A DNA stretch of 64,000 bases from Eubacteriales bacterium (GCA_024655885.1 JANLFN010000003.1:30792-94791), one strand, 5' to 3'; positions 18,550 to 27,855 are shown, counted from the stretch's first letter. Translations and numbers: made by a program. Notes: generated by a model not told the origin, from the letters alone.

Positions 18550-19392
18550 TCAACCCCTCACTACGGCATCGGTCATTTTCGCAACCCTGGCCATTTCCTT
18601 TACATCATGTACACGCACGATATCAACTCCGCCCGCAATACCCAGGGCTACGGTAGCCGCCGTTCCCTCCAGCCTTTCACTCACGGGCAGGTTCAAAACA
18701 TTCCCGATGAGGGACTTCCGGGACGTACCCAGCAGCACAGGAAGATTTAAATCCTCCAAATCCTTCAGCCTGCGCATAACTTCCAGGTTGTGCTCCAGGG
18801 TTTTGCCGAAACCTATACCGGGGTCCACCGCCATGTTTTCTCTTTCGATGCCGGCTTTCCGGGCAATCTCCACACTGTCCCTCAGAAACTTCAGAATATC
18901 CCCCATCAAGTCCCTGTACATCTTGTCCTCCCGGTTATGCATGAGGATGACTCCCGCGCCGTATTTGAAAACAACCTCCGCCATAGCCGGATCCCTTTGC
19001 AGGCCCCATATATCATTCACTATATGGGCACCCGCCTGTAAGGCCTTTTCCGCCACTACCGCCTTCATGGTATCCACCGAAAGGGGCACATCCAGTTTTG
19101 CGGACAGTCTTTCTACGACAGGCACCACCCTGCTTATTTCCTCAAGGGGGTCCACCTCCTCATACCCGGGCCTTGTGGATTCCCCTCCTATATCAATGAT
19201 GTCCGCACCTTCCGCCACCATCTCTTCTGCTCTTTTTACCGCAGCTTCTATGTTATTGTACCTTCCTCCGTCGGAAAACGAATCGGGCGTGACGTTTAAT
19301 ATTCCCATAATATAGGTTTTTCCGCCGATAGGAAGCTCGTATTTACCGCACCGAAAAAATTCAGGCTTCCCCCGTCCCACCGCACCTACCAT
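18550..19392 (-). CDS. folP: dihydropteroate synthase
   Basis: IMGILNVTPDSFSDGG, DIIDIGGESTRPG and GTSRKS are pterin-binding DHPS motifs. Confidence 0.9.
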   Translation of the reverse strand: MVGAVGRGKPEFFRCGKYELPIGGKTYIMGILNVTPDSFSDGGRYNNIEAAVKRAEEMVAEGADIIDIGGESTRPGYEEVDPLEEISRVVPVVERLSAKLDVPLSVDTMKAVVAEKALQAGAHIVNDIWGLQRDPAMAEVVFKYGAGVILMHNREDKMYRDLMGDILKFLRDSVEIARKAGIERENMAVDPGIGFGKTLEHNLEVMRRLKDLEDLNLPVLLGTSRKSLIGNVLNLPVSERLEGTAATVALGIAGGVDIVRVHDVKEMARVAKMTDAVVRG

Positions 19393-19559
19393 TTTTGAAG
19401 CTACCTCCTTATTTGTGAAAACCGCCTGTAGCAGCCTATTTGAAATATATTATTTCCCCTTTTACCCCAGTTCCTTCCACTTCAGTATTCCATGGGAAAA
19501 GCGCTGACGAATATTATACTATTTTATTATAATATATAATAAAGCTTAATAAAATATAT

Positions 19560-19809
19560 TTAGCGGCAAAATTCAAGGGTGAAAACGGCGGTCCACGGCT
19601 GTTTTGTTAATTTTTCGATTAAGGAGAAAAAATCTCTGAACTCCCGAAGACAGGACAACGGCGGCACCGCAGGAAAAAGCGGCGCCAGGCCGTCATCAGG
19701 CAGGTTTGCAGGCAGCCGTCCCCGTAAAAACTTGGTTTTTCCGGAGAAACCAGGCTCAGGGCCGGATGTTGTTTTTACGGCCATGAGACAGGGCCTGTCC
19801 CATGGCGTC
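19560..19809 (-). other. GC-rich, stem-loop-dense untranslated segment between folE and the folP promoter region
   Basis: On the minus strand there are three structures. GGGACAGGCCCTGTC hairpin right after the folE stop. A 10-bp stem CCGTAAAAAC...GTTTTTACGG enclosing TCCGG...CCGGA. GGCGCCGC-TTTTTCCT-GCGGTGCC. The 74-aa ORF called here lacks an RBS. Confidence 0.35.
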
Positions 19810-20367
19810 TTATTTTATCAGGGCCATTACCTCCGCCCTGGAGCGGACATCGGTTTTAAAAATCCCCCTCAATGCGGAAGTCACGGTTTTGGAACCGGGC
19901 TTTTTTATACCCCTCATGGTCATGCAGAGATGCTCGGCTTCAATGACCACGGCAACTCCCCTTGGGTCAATGGTATCCACAATCACTTCGGCCACTTCGC
20001 TTGTAAGCCTCTCCTGGAGCTGCGGTTTTTTGGCCAGCATATCTACAATTCTTGCGATCTTGCTCAGGCCCAGAATTCTCCCCTGCCGTGGCAGATACGC
20101 CACATGGGCAATTCCCACAAAGGGAAGCAAATGGTGCTCACAAACCGAATACAGCGGTATATCCTTTACAAGCACTACCTCTTCATGGTTTTCCTCCCGG
20201 AAAACCTTAACCTCATTCCTTGGGTCGTTGTGAAGCCCGGCAAATATCTCGTCATACATCCGTGCAACCCTGTCCGGAGTTTCCTGCAAACCCTCCCTGT
20301 CCGGATTGTCCCCGATCGCTATAAGAATTTCTCTGACCGCCGCTTTAATGCGCTCCCTGTCCACCAT
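19810..20367 (-). CDS. folE: GTP cyclohydrolase I
   Basis: 185 aa. [10 protein letters not shown] and the overall sequence are typical FolE type 1. Confidence 0.9.
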   Translation of the reverse strand: MVDRERIKAAVREILIAIGDNPDREGLQETPDRVARMYDEIFAGLHNDPRNEVKVFREENHEEVVLVKDIPLYSVCEHHLLPFVGIAHVAYLPRQGRILGLSKIARIVDMLAKKPQLQERLTSEVAEVIVDTIDPRGVAVVIEAEHLCMTMRGIKKPGSKTVTSALRGIFKTDVRSRAEVMALIK

Positions 20368-20437
20368 GAAAATTCCTCCCCTTTATATTAGCAGCCACCC
20401 TCAGTATTTTTTTAGAGCATAAAAGCATATAGATATG

Positions 20438-20465
20438 ATTATACCTATTCTTTTGCAAAAGTCAA
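20438..20465 (-). promoter_or_regulatory. sigma-A promoter of folE
   Basis: Minus strand reads TTGACT - 16 nt - TATAAT, about 70 nt upstream of the folE ATG. Confidence 0.6.
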
Positions 20466-20473
20466 TTACGTGA

Positions 20474-20543
20474 CAGCGTGACAGGGGACGGTTCTTTGTC
20501 ACACTTCAAGAAGTGTGACAAAGAACCGTCCCCTGTCACGCTG
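20474..20543. terminator. 34-bp perfect palindromic hairpin abutting the cphA stop codon
   Basis: CAGCGTGACAGGGGACGGTTCTTTGTCACACTTC - AA - GAAGTGTGACAAAGAACCGTCCCCTGTCACGCTG. It shares the 18-nt core CAGGGGACGGTTCTTTGT with the hairpin at 11879-11933. Confidence 0.75.
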
Positions 20544-23198
20544 CTATCCAACGGTGTTTTCAATGGCAATCGCCGCCTGGACCGTGTTTTGCTCCAGTTC
20601 CTGCCTGAACCTGCCGATCATCTCTACGGCGGGCTCAAACTCTTCATAGAGCATAACGATGAGGTCCCCCGGCTGTGCATCCAGCATCGCTGTTTCCAGA
20701 GCCTTCAGTTCAGAATAGATGATCTCCACGTTTTCTTTTTCCATCCCTTCCTCCATCACCGACTCATAGAGGATGTGGGCGACTTCTCCGGGCTGCCTTC
20801 CCCGCAAGTCATTGTCTTCTTTTATATATATTTTGGAAAACGCCTTGCTGCATATTTTTCCCACTTCTCTGATGTTTCTGTTAATCCTGTCTCCGGGCAC
20901 TCCTATGATCCCCACCAGCCGGGTTGCGTTCATTTTCCGGACAAAATTCAGCACCGCATTATATCCGGCTGCATTGTGGCCATAGTCAAGCATTACTTTA
21001 AAACAGCCCATGTCGAATATGTTAAATCTCCCCGGGTTTAAGAGCACATCCGGTTTAAAGGTTTTAAGCCCCATTCGGATAATTTCCAAAGGCAGGTTTA
21101 AAGCGTAAAGAGCCGAGACGGCCGCCAGGGAATTCTCTACATTGCAGTCAACCATGCCGTCAAAGGTAATGGGGATTTCATGGACCTTGATCAAGTGCTT
21201 TTCCTTTTTGTTGGAGCATATATAGATGGATTGATTTTTCACATAGACAGCGGTCCCCCCATTTTTTATGTGGTTTATAACCAGCGAATTGCTTTTCTGG
21301 CTGGAGAAAAAGATGATCCTCCCTGCCGCGCGTTCCAGAAATCTGTTTGTCATAAGGTCATCCGCATTCAGGACGGAATAGCCTTCCGGCTTAACAGCCT
21401 CTACCACAAGGGATTTGACAAAAGCCAGGTCCTCCAGGGTATCGATGCCGTCCAGGCCGATATGGTCATCCGATATATTTACGATCACCCCCACATCCGC
21501 CAGGTCATAGCCCAGCCCTCTTTTTATAATCCCTCCCCGCGCCGTCTCAAGCACCGCGGCTTCCACTTCCCTGTTGGACAGTACCATCCTTGCACTGAAG
21601 GGGCCTGTGTTATCCCCCTTCAATATACACTCATTTCCGATATACACTCCGCTGGTGGAGGTCATGCCTATCTTTTTGCCCGTCAAAGCAAGGGTGTGCC
21701 TTATGAGCCTTGTGGTGGTGGTTTTTCCGTTGGTGCCGGTAACCGATACCACCGGGATGGAGCAGGGCTTCCCTGCGGGATAAAGCATGTCCACAATATC
21801 CGCCGCAACGTTGCGGGAATTCCCTTCACTGGGGCAAAGGTGCATCCTGAGGCCGGGAGCGGCATTCACTTCAATAACGGCTCCCTGGGATACGGTATTG
21901 ATAGGTTTGGAAATATCCTCTGCAACAATATCAACCCCTGCAACATCCAGACCTAAGCTTTTAGCCGCTTTTACCGCCAGCATTGAATTGTAGGGGTGAA
22001 TCTCGTCGGTGCAGTCCCGAGCGGTGCCGCCGGTGCTCAGGTTCCCGTTGTCCCTCAGCCTGACAATTTCACCGGGGGCGGGTATGCTGTTTTCATCAAG
22101 GCCCTGCCTTGACAGCACCTGCTTCGCCGGAATATCCAGCTTGATTTTGGTGAGAGGCTTTTCATGGTCGTCTCCGCGAAGGGGGTTGCTGTTTTCGCTG
22201 TCCACAAGCTCCTTTACGGTGTGCACTCCATCCCCTGTCACGGACGGAGGCCTTCTCTCGGCTACCGCCGATACTTTGCCTCCCACCACAAGTACACGGA
22301 AATCCTTTCCTTTAATATAGTTTTCCACAATAACCGCCCTGCCGTATTTTAACGCTTCGTGATAGGCTGTTTTCACCTGGCTGTCGTCCCATATGTTCAC
22401 TGTAACCCCTTTGCCCTGGTTTGCGTCAAAGGGCTTTAAAACTACCGGAAAACCTATGCTTTTGGCCAGTTGGACTGCGCCTTCCTCAGTGTATGCCACA
22501 TCTCCATATGGCACGGGGATATTATTTTCCATCAGCTTTTGCTTTGTCAGGTGTTTATTTCCCGCTATGTCCACTGAAATACAGCTGAGTGCATCGGTGA
22601 GGGAAGCTTCAACCAGTCTGGAATATTTGCCGTAACCCAGCTGTATCAAGCTCCCATTGCCTATGCGTGAAACAGGGATCCCCCGTTTTTTAGCCTCATC
22701 GTATATTGCTTTTGTGCTTGGCCCCAGTTCCGATTCAACCGTTATTTTTCTTAAATCGGCGAGAATTTTCCCGATATCCACCTCTTTATTGGAAGCCAGC
22801 CTGGACACAATATCCACGCCTGCCCTGCCGCACTCCATCCCGCATCTCTCATTGACGAATTCATAAACCATGTAATACAGCCCTGGCTCTTTCAGCATCC
22901 TGGTCTTTCCGTAAAACACCTCATAGCCCATCATACTCTGCAGTTCAAGGATGAGGTGCTCGCTGACGTGTCCCAGGTACGTCCCCTCTTTAAGCCTTTC
23001 AGCAAAGCCCCCCTCGTATCCTAAGGAACAGTAATGCTTTCTCAGTCCTGGAAACAGTTCCAGAATTTTATCATTAAAATTGCCCAGGTTATTTGTTGTG
23101 ACATCGTGAAAGTCACCCAGATCTATGACCATTTTAATGACAGGCCGGTGACTGTAAATATTTTTTCCGCTGAAACTCTGAATACTGTATATTTGCAC
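20544..23198 (-). CDS. cphA: cyanophycin synthetase
   Basis: N-terminal domain, ATP-grasp domain and Mur-ligase domain (VTGTNGKTTTTRLI). The GTG start at 23198 has an AGGAGG RBS 8 nt upstream; the ORF extends to 23255. Confidence 0.9.
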   Translation of the reverse strand: MQIYSIQSFSGKNIYSHRPVIKMVIDLGDFHDVTTNNLGNFNDKILELFPGLRKHYCSLGYEGGFAERLKEGTYLGHVSEHLILELQSMMGYEVFYGKTRMLKEPGLYYMVYEFVNERCGMECGRAGVDIVSRLASNKEVDIGKILADLRKITVESELGPSTKAIYDEAKKRGIPVSRIGNGSLIQLGYGKYSRLVEASLTDALSCISVDIAGNKHLTKQKLMENNIPVPYGDVAYTEEGAVQLAKSIGFPVVLKPFDANQGKGVTVNIWDDSQVKTAYHEALKYGRAVIVENYIKGKDFRVLVVGGKVSAVAERRPPSVTGDGVHTVKELVDSENSNPLRGDDHEKPLTKIKLDIPAKQVLSRQGLDENSIPAPGEIVRLRDNGNLSTGGTARDCTDEIHPYNSMLAVKAAKSLGLDVAGVDIVAEDISKPINTVSQGAVIEVNAAPGLRMHLCPSEGNSRNVAADIVDMLYPAGKPCSIPVVSVTGTNGKTTTTRLIRHTLALTGKKIGMTSTSGVYIGNECILKGDNTGPFSARMVLSNREVEAAVLETARGGIIKRGLGYDLADVGVIVNISDDHIGLDGIDTLEDLAFVKSLVVEAVKPEGYSVLNADDLMTNRFLERAAGRIIFFSSQKSNSLVINHIKNGGTAVYVKNQSIYICSNKKEKHLIKVHEIPITFDGMVDCNVENSLAAVSALYALNLPLEIIRMGLKTFKPDVLLNPGRFNIFDMGCFKVMLDYGHNAAGYNAVLNFVRKMNATRLVGIIGVPGDRINRNIREVGKICSKAFSKIYIKEDNDLRGRQPGEVAHILYESVMEEGMEKENVEIIYSELKALETAMLDAQPGDLIVMLYEEFEPAVEMIGRFRQELEQNTVQAAIAIENTVG

Positions 23199-23332
23199 TT
23201 TCCTATCCTCCTGTTTTAAACCCTTCTTGCCGCTGTTTCCGCATTTTTTGCGCAACAGCCTTCGGTGCTCTTATGTGTTCATGTATTTTCCAGGCAGCGG
23301 CTCTCCGCCGCTTTTCCCTGCTCCGCGCACCT

Positions 23333-24142
23333 TCAATGCAGACGCATAACCTCCCGGTTGATCATGTCGAATCCATACCCCGAGGGCAAGACATGCAGGG
23401 TGACATTGGAAATGGCCAGTATTTCATCAGGTTTCAGCTCTGACACATTCGAGCTTTTAATGGATTTTCCGTCAATGACTGTAACCGCGTTTGTCCCTAT
23501 CACCTCAAAGTGGGCGTCCGGATATACCCTTATAGCCGTATCTTCATCAATGCCTATCCCGAGCATGTACGGATTTTCGGCTACACTGCACAAAAGCCTG
23601 CCTATCCTGCCTCTCTGGTCAAAATGCTGGTCGATAATGACTTCCTCCAGCAGCCCCAGTCCGGGTGCCATTTTTAACGTGCACTTTCTCGCAGGGTCAT
23701 TACTGTTTCCGTCCACGATCATGGTGCCGCTCATTACCGAAGCGCCCGCACTTGTGCCGATAATCATCACACCTTGTGAATATGCCTTCTGCAAAGCTCT
23801 GTTGAGCTTTGTCCCTCCAATGATGCTTGTAATCCTCAACTGGTCTCCCCCGGTAAAAAAAATTCCGGTAGAATTTTCTACCCGGCTTGCATTTGCTTCC
23901 ATATTGGCATCATCCCTGGTATTTATATCCATAACCTCTATGTTATGAATTCCCAGCCTTTCAAAAACATTTCTATACTCTCTGCCGGCTTCTTCCGGGT
24001 TTTGGGTTGCAGTAGTCAAAATCATCAGGCTTGCGCTGCTGCCTCCGATGATGTCCACAGCCTTCTTTAAAATCTCGCTGTCACCGTACTTGTCTTCGGC
24101 TCCCCCGATAATAAGCAAATTACCCTTTACTTTCTCACCCAT
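23333..24142 (-). CDS. cphB: cyanophycinase (peptidase S51)
   Basis: 269 aa. LLIIGGAEDK, FFTGGDQ and GTSAGA (nucleophile Ser) are typical CphB features. Confidence 0.9.
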   Translation of the reverse strand: MGEKVKGNLLIIGGAEDKYGDSEILKKAVDIIGGSSASLMILTTATQNPEEAGREYRNVFERLGIHNIEVMDINTRDDANMEANASRVENSTGIFFTGGDQLRITSIIGGTKLNRALQKAYSQGVMIIGTSAGASVMSGTMIVDGNSNDPARKCTLKMAPGLGLLEEVIIDQHFDQRGRIGRLLCSVAENPYMLGIGIDEDTAIRVYPDAHFEVIGTNAVTVIDGKSIKSSNVSELKPDEILAISNVTLHVLPSGYGFDMINREVMRLH

Positions 24143-24339
24143 TTTCAGCCTCCTGTTTTAAATTTCACATTAAAATAAAAATAACTTAAACAGGCATAAA
24201 AAAATAATATTATAAAAAGTATAACAAATGATATTTTTTCCGCGGCTTATCATATTATTCAAAAACTTATGGAATTATATAGAAATTGTGGAAAAAAATA
24301 AAGGCAAGGACTTCTCTGCCCTTGCTCCTTACCGCGGGG

Positions 24340-24612
24340 TTATAGTCCCATAAAATGCCTCAAATAGTTTAAAAGAACCCCGCTGTAGATTAACCCGATA
24401 CCCATCAAGACGATACTCGCAACAATTACGGCAAGGCCTGCCCGGCTGCCTCCCTTCGTGGAAAGAATGCCCATGATGACGCCCAGCACGCCAAAGATAG
24501 GGGGGTATATAAATAAAGATAAGATTGCCGAAATCCATCCTATGGCCAAAAACAGGCCCTTACCCCTGGTTGCCGTCATTTGGCCGTCCTTTGCACCGTT
24601 TATTTCTACCAT
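24340..24612 (-). CDS. small integral membrane protein (2-3 TM helices)
   Basis: 90 aa and hydrophobic (LFLAIGWISAILSLFIYPPIFGVLGVIMGIL...). Sits between iadA and cphB on the same strand. Confidence 0.5.
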   Translation of the reverse strand: MVEINGAKDGQMTATRGKGLFLAIGWISAILSLFIYPPIFGVLGVIMGILSTKGGSRAGLAVIVASIVLMGIGLIYSGVLLNYLRHFMGL

Positions 24613-24711
24613 AAAATCACCCTTTTTAGTATTGTCCCATTCCTCCGCTTGTATTCAGGTTTTTAAAAATTGTGCAGGCATCAGGGCAGGGGAGAATTCC
24701 CTGTGCTGACG

Positions 24712-25881
24712 TCAGCTTTCAAATCTCCCCTTTTTTACTGTACGGCCGTTTTCAATAAAAACCTCCCCCCCCGCCAACAGGGTGTGAATGCTGAAATCGT
24801 ATTTGTCCAGCACCAGGATGTCCGCGTCGCTGCCCGAAGACAGCACGCCTTTTTGAGGGTAGATTTTAAGTGTCCTGGCCACATTGGAAGTAACCGTTTT
24901 TAGAACGGTCCCGGCATCCATCCCTCTGCCCAGAATGCACCCCCGGATATCCTCGTAGAGCTGTTTTGCCTTACCCACACCCGGGGGATTCCCGTTTCTC
25001 GATGGAACACTCCCGTTTCCGTCCGACGATACAGTAATATTTTCAACAGGGACGCCGTTTTTTAAAAGCAGTTCCAGTGCGCTGGGCACACTATAGCCGG
25101 TATCATCCGTTTCACCTGCCGTAAGATCGATTTTCCCACCCTTCCCGGCGTACTCTACAGCCTGGTTTAAAAGCCTCTTGTTCCTGTTTAAATGGGTGGG
25201 CACAAACATATCCATGGGAAAATCGGACTCCTCCGTCAGGCTGAACAAAGGGACAAGCCCTTCCTTGCCGTCCCCCACATGAATGTGGACCACACCGGCC
25301 TTTGCCCCGATAAGAGCGCCGGTCCTCGCTTCGCAGGCAAGCTCCCTCAACTGCTGAACCGTGGGGTGGGACGACCTGGAGTCGGCAATGGCAATTTCTC
25401 CTACTCCTATGATTTGATCAATAAGGCCTATATCGGTGGAAACCTTTCCCGTCAATGTGATTGCAGGCAGTCCATAGCTTCCGGTATAAATATAGGCGGT
25501 TATTCCCTCTTCCGTTAAAGCGCGGGCTTTAGCCAGAAGCCCCGGGATGCTCCTGGTGATTCCGTCAAGCCCCAGCACCCCAACCACTGTTGTTATACCC
25601 GAAGATATGATGTCTCCCAGCATAAGCTCCGGAATCCTGCTTGCAGGACCTTCCTCACCCCCTCCCCCGGTGATGTGGAGGTGCTGGTCTATAAATCCCG
25701 GGCATATAAGTTTACCGGTGCAATCGATGACTTCCATATCCGGTATGAAGTCCAAAGGGATATTTTCCTCTACCCTGTATATTTTGTCCAGCACCAAAAG
25801 CAGGTCTTTTCTGCCCATGTCCTCCGGCGCCAGGCAGTGTCCGCCTTTCAACAATTTGAAAGCTCTATTGCCATGGGTCAT
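24712..25881 (-). CDS. iadA: isoaspartyl (beta-aspartyl) dipeptidase
   Basis: CPGFIDQHLHITGGGGEEGPASR and the rest are collinear with E. coli IadA as I recall it. Confidence 0.9.
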   Translation of the reverse strand: MTHGNRAFKLLKGGHCLAPEDMGRKDLLLVLDKIYRVEENIPLDFIPDMEVIDCTGKLICPGFIDQHLHITGGGGEEGPASRIPELMLGDIISSGITTVVGVLGLDGITRSIPGLLAKARALTEEGITAYIYTGSYGLPAITLTGKVSTDIGLIDQIIGVGEIAIADSRSSHPTVQQLRELACEARTGALIGAKAGVVHIHVGDGKEGLVPLFSLTEESDFPMDMFVPTHLNRNKRLLNQAVEYAGKGGKIDLTAGETDDTGYSVPSALELLLKNGVPVENITVSSDGNGSVPSRNGNPPGVGKAKQLYEDIRGCILGRGMDAGTVLKTVTSNVARTLKIYPQKGVLSSGSDADILVLDKYDFSIHTLLAGGEVFIENGRTVKKGRFES

Positions 25882-26235
25882 GATCCTTCCCTCCCGCTGC
25901 CAGGTTAATGAAACAGTACAAATATATACCTTTGCTTTTTATGAATATTTTTTTCATAATTATATAGACAGGTAAAGCCATAAAGCTTTTTTCACTTGCC
26001 GGTGCCTTGTCTGTCAGGCTTCAGAGGATTAGGATGCCCTAAAATGCGGAAATGATTCCTGAATTTATTATTCCGTATATTTTTCCTGTGTTTCCGGCAT
26101 GGATGTGCGGCCATTTGTATTCTTTTTACATTATTAGCATTATATAATTTGAAAATGGGAACTAAGTCTGTTAAACTATAACCGCCGGCTATTATGTAAA
26201 TTTGTATAAACGAATTAATATTAATTATAAAAAGG

Positions 26236-26880
26236 ATGATCACGGTGCCTGCAGATTTTATTTCATTAACTGCCAAACAAAAGAAGGTTTATACAGCCAT
26301 CGAAGCTTTCATCAAGGCCAAGGGCATACCCCCTACCGTAAGGGAAATAGGTGAAATGGTCGGGGAAAAAACTCCGGGTGCGGTGCAGGGTATTTTAAAC
26401 CGGCTTGAGCAAAAAGGTGTGATTAAAAGGGAAATCGGCATGGCGAGGTCAATTCAGCTCATACAAGAAAATACAAATTACCCGGCTCCTGTTTATATAC
26501 CAGAAATCAAAAAGGTAAGCAGGCGTAGTGCCAACGACCTGCTCAGCATATACAACATCAACAAGTACCAGCCTCTTTCGTCCGATTGGGTCCCGTCCCA
26601 TGAATCCTGCTTTCTGGTCAAGTGTCCCGACGGCAGTCTTAAAGAAAGCGGCATAAATTACAACGACATTCTCGTGATTGACAGGAACTACGTTCTTAAT
26701 GAAGGAGATATTCTTCTGGTGCTGTATGAGAACCACACCCTTCTCAGGCGCTATTATCAGGGCAGCCAAAAAGATTACATAAAGCTGAAGGCGGATAGTG
26801 ATCTTTTGAACAAAGAGGATTTTGCCCTGGAAGAAGTGCTAATCATAGGCAAACTGGCAGGTAAATTTACAAGATATTGA
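26236..26880 (+). CDS. LexA-like repressor with degenerate self-cleavage machinery
   Basis: N-terminal LexA wHTH (LTAKQKKVYTAIEAFIKAKGIPPTVREIGEMVG...LEQKGVIKR) and a C-terminal S24-like fold. The start is either ATG 26236 or GTG 26245. Confidence 0.75.
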   Translation: MITVPADFISLTAKQKKVYTAIEAFIKAKGIPPTVREIGEMVGEKTPGAVQGILNRLEQKGVIKREIGMARSIQLIQENTNYPAPVYIPEIKKVSRRSANDLLSIYNINKYQPLSSDWVPSHESCFLVKCPDGSLKESGINYNDILVIDRNYVLNEGDILLVLYENHTLLRRYYQGSQKDYIKLKADSDLLNKEDFALEEVLIIGKLAGKFTRY

Positions 26881-27712
26881 TAGAATCGGATATGGCTTTC
26901 TCCAGTTTTTCCAGCAGTTTTTCCTTGATTCTGCCGTCATCGGGAAAAGTCACACTGGCTATGACCGGTTTATAGCCCTTATCCTTTGCTTTTATGACAC
27001 TGTGAGTGTAGTAGAGTTCCTCTATCTTTTTTTCCACCTGTTCCGCTCCACTTTTTGCAGTAAAGGGGAGCAGCAGGACCAACTGGTTGCTCCTGTACCG
27101 GAACACCGAATCCGTTTCCCTGAGCTTTATTTTCAGGACCTTGCTGAAGTAATAGGCGATATCGCTGATGCTTCTATAAGCCATGGGGTCCTGTGCCGGG
27201 TCCTGGATTGAAACAAGAGCGAGCGTCAGCGAATATCCTCCTCTGCTGGCTCCCTTCATCTCCCTGCTGAACATTTCCGGAAAGTTAAAGGTTATGAAGT
27301 CTTCCTCTGCCATTTTATCCTTGTCGCTTTCAACAGGGATGTCTAAAATTTTGAAGATCTTTTTCCGCACCACCGCCTGGTCATAGGGTTTTGCAATAAA
27401 TTCAGCCGCACCGGATTCCACCGCCTTGATGATATGCTTTTTATCCGTAAACTTTGAGATTACAACAATGGGAAGGCTTTTACACACCTCTTTGCTTTTT
27501 AATTTTCTTATTGAGTTAAAGTCCTCTGCGTCTTCAGATGAATTGACAACCCACATCACCGCGCTCACGTCCATTTTTTTTGCCTGCAAGCACTTGATTA
27601 CCTCTTCTTCATCTTTCATATCAATGATGTTCAGCTCCAGGTCTTTTAACATGCTGGCGAATTCCAGCCTGGCCAAACCCAATTCATCTACGCATAGGAT
27701 ATTATAGCGCAT
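26867..27712 (-). CDS. pseudo-receiver (REC) plus degenerate GGDEF-domain protein
   Basis: CheY-like N-domain with Asn at the acceptor position (AVMWVVNSS). In the C-domain the GGDEF position reads RSNQL (DSVFRYRSNQLVLLLP). The start at 27712 has a GGAG RBS. The 3' end overlaps the lexA-like 3' end by 14 nt (convergent). Confidence 0.7.
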   Translation of the reverse strand: MRYNILCVDELGLARLEFASMLKDLELNIIDMKDEEEVIKCLQAKKMDVSAVMWVVNSSEDAEDFNSIRKLKSKEVCKSLPIVVISKFTDKKHIIKAVESGAAEFIAKPYDQAVVRKKIFKILDIPVESDKDKMAEEDFITFNFPEMFSREMKGASRGGYSLTLALVSIQDPAQDPMAYRSISDIAYYFSKVLKIKLRETDSVFRYRSNQLVLLLPFTAKSGAEQVEKKIEELYYTHSVIKAKDKGYKPVIASVTFPDDGRIKEKLLEKLEKAISDSINIL

Positions 27713-27816
27713 GAAACATCTCCGCTCCCGGCATTTCAAATAGCATTAGCCTATTTCAATTATTAATAATTATATAACAAACTTTAATTTTATCAACCTC
27801 TTTATGGAAAATTCCA

Positions 27817-27855
27817 GGAAAAACAAACCCCGGCAAGTGCGGCTACACCCCGGGG
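27817..27855 (-). terminator. rho-independent terminator after oppA
   Basis: Minus strand reads CCCCGG - 16 nt loop - CCGGGG followed by TTTGTTTTTCC. Confidence 0.7.

Noticed and set aside
19560-19784. 74-aa minus-strand ORF between folE and folP
   Set aside because: It has no RBS and a Pro/Gly/Leu-rich composition typical of translated GC-rich structured RNA. The region is treated as non-coding.
19579-20391. 270-aa plus-strand ORF. Similar long ORFs occur at 11897-12886, 27804-28748, 34299-35039, 49049-49909, 52984-54006, 60241-61041 and 61392-62198.
   Set aside because: Each lies antisense to a minus-strand gene with clear family motifs (folE, beta-propeller, oppA, leuB, tadC, kinase, SDR, pseC). 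Their products are low-complexity, Arg/Pro/His/Gly-rich and lack an RBS. They are shadow ORFs.
20368-20437. THF riboswitch in front of folE
   Set aside because: The leader between the TTGACT-16-TATAAT promoter and the ATG is only ~70 nt. It lacks the conserved THF-aptamer segments as far as I can recall them.
26213-26226. Perfect 14-bp palindrome AATTAATATTAATT just upstream of the lexA-like gene, considered as a LexA operator
   Set aside because: It does not resemble the Firmicute Cheo box (CGAACnnnnGTTCG). Pure-AT palindromes arise easily by chance in AT-rich spacers. It is noted only as a candidate for testing.
25992-26276. 94-aa minus-strand ORF in the iadA/lexA-like intergenic region
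   Set aside because: It is an AT-rich, Ile/Asn/Lys-rich translation with no RBS, and it overlaps the lexA-like start. It is most likely non-coding promoter DNA.
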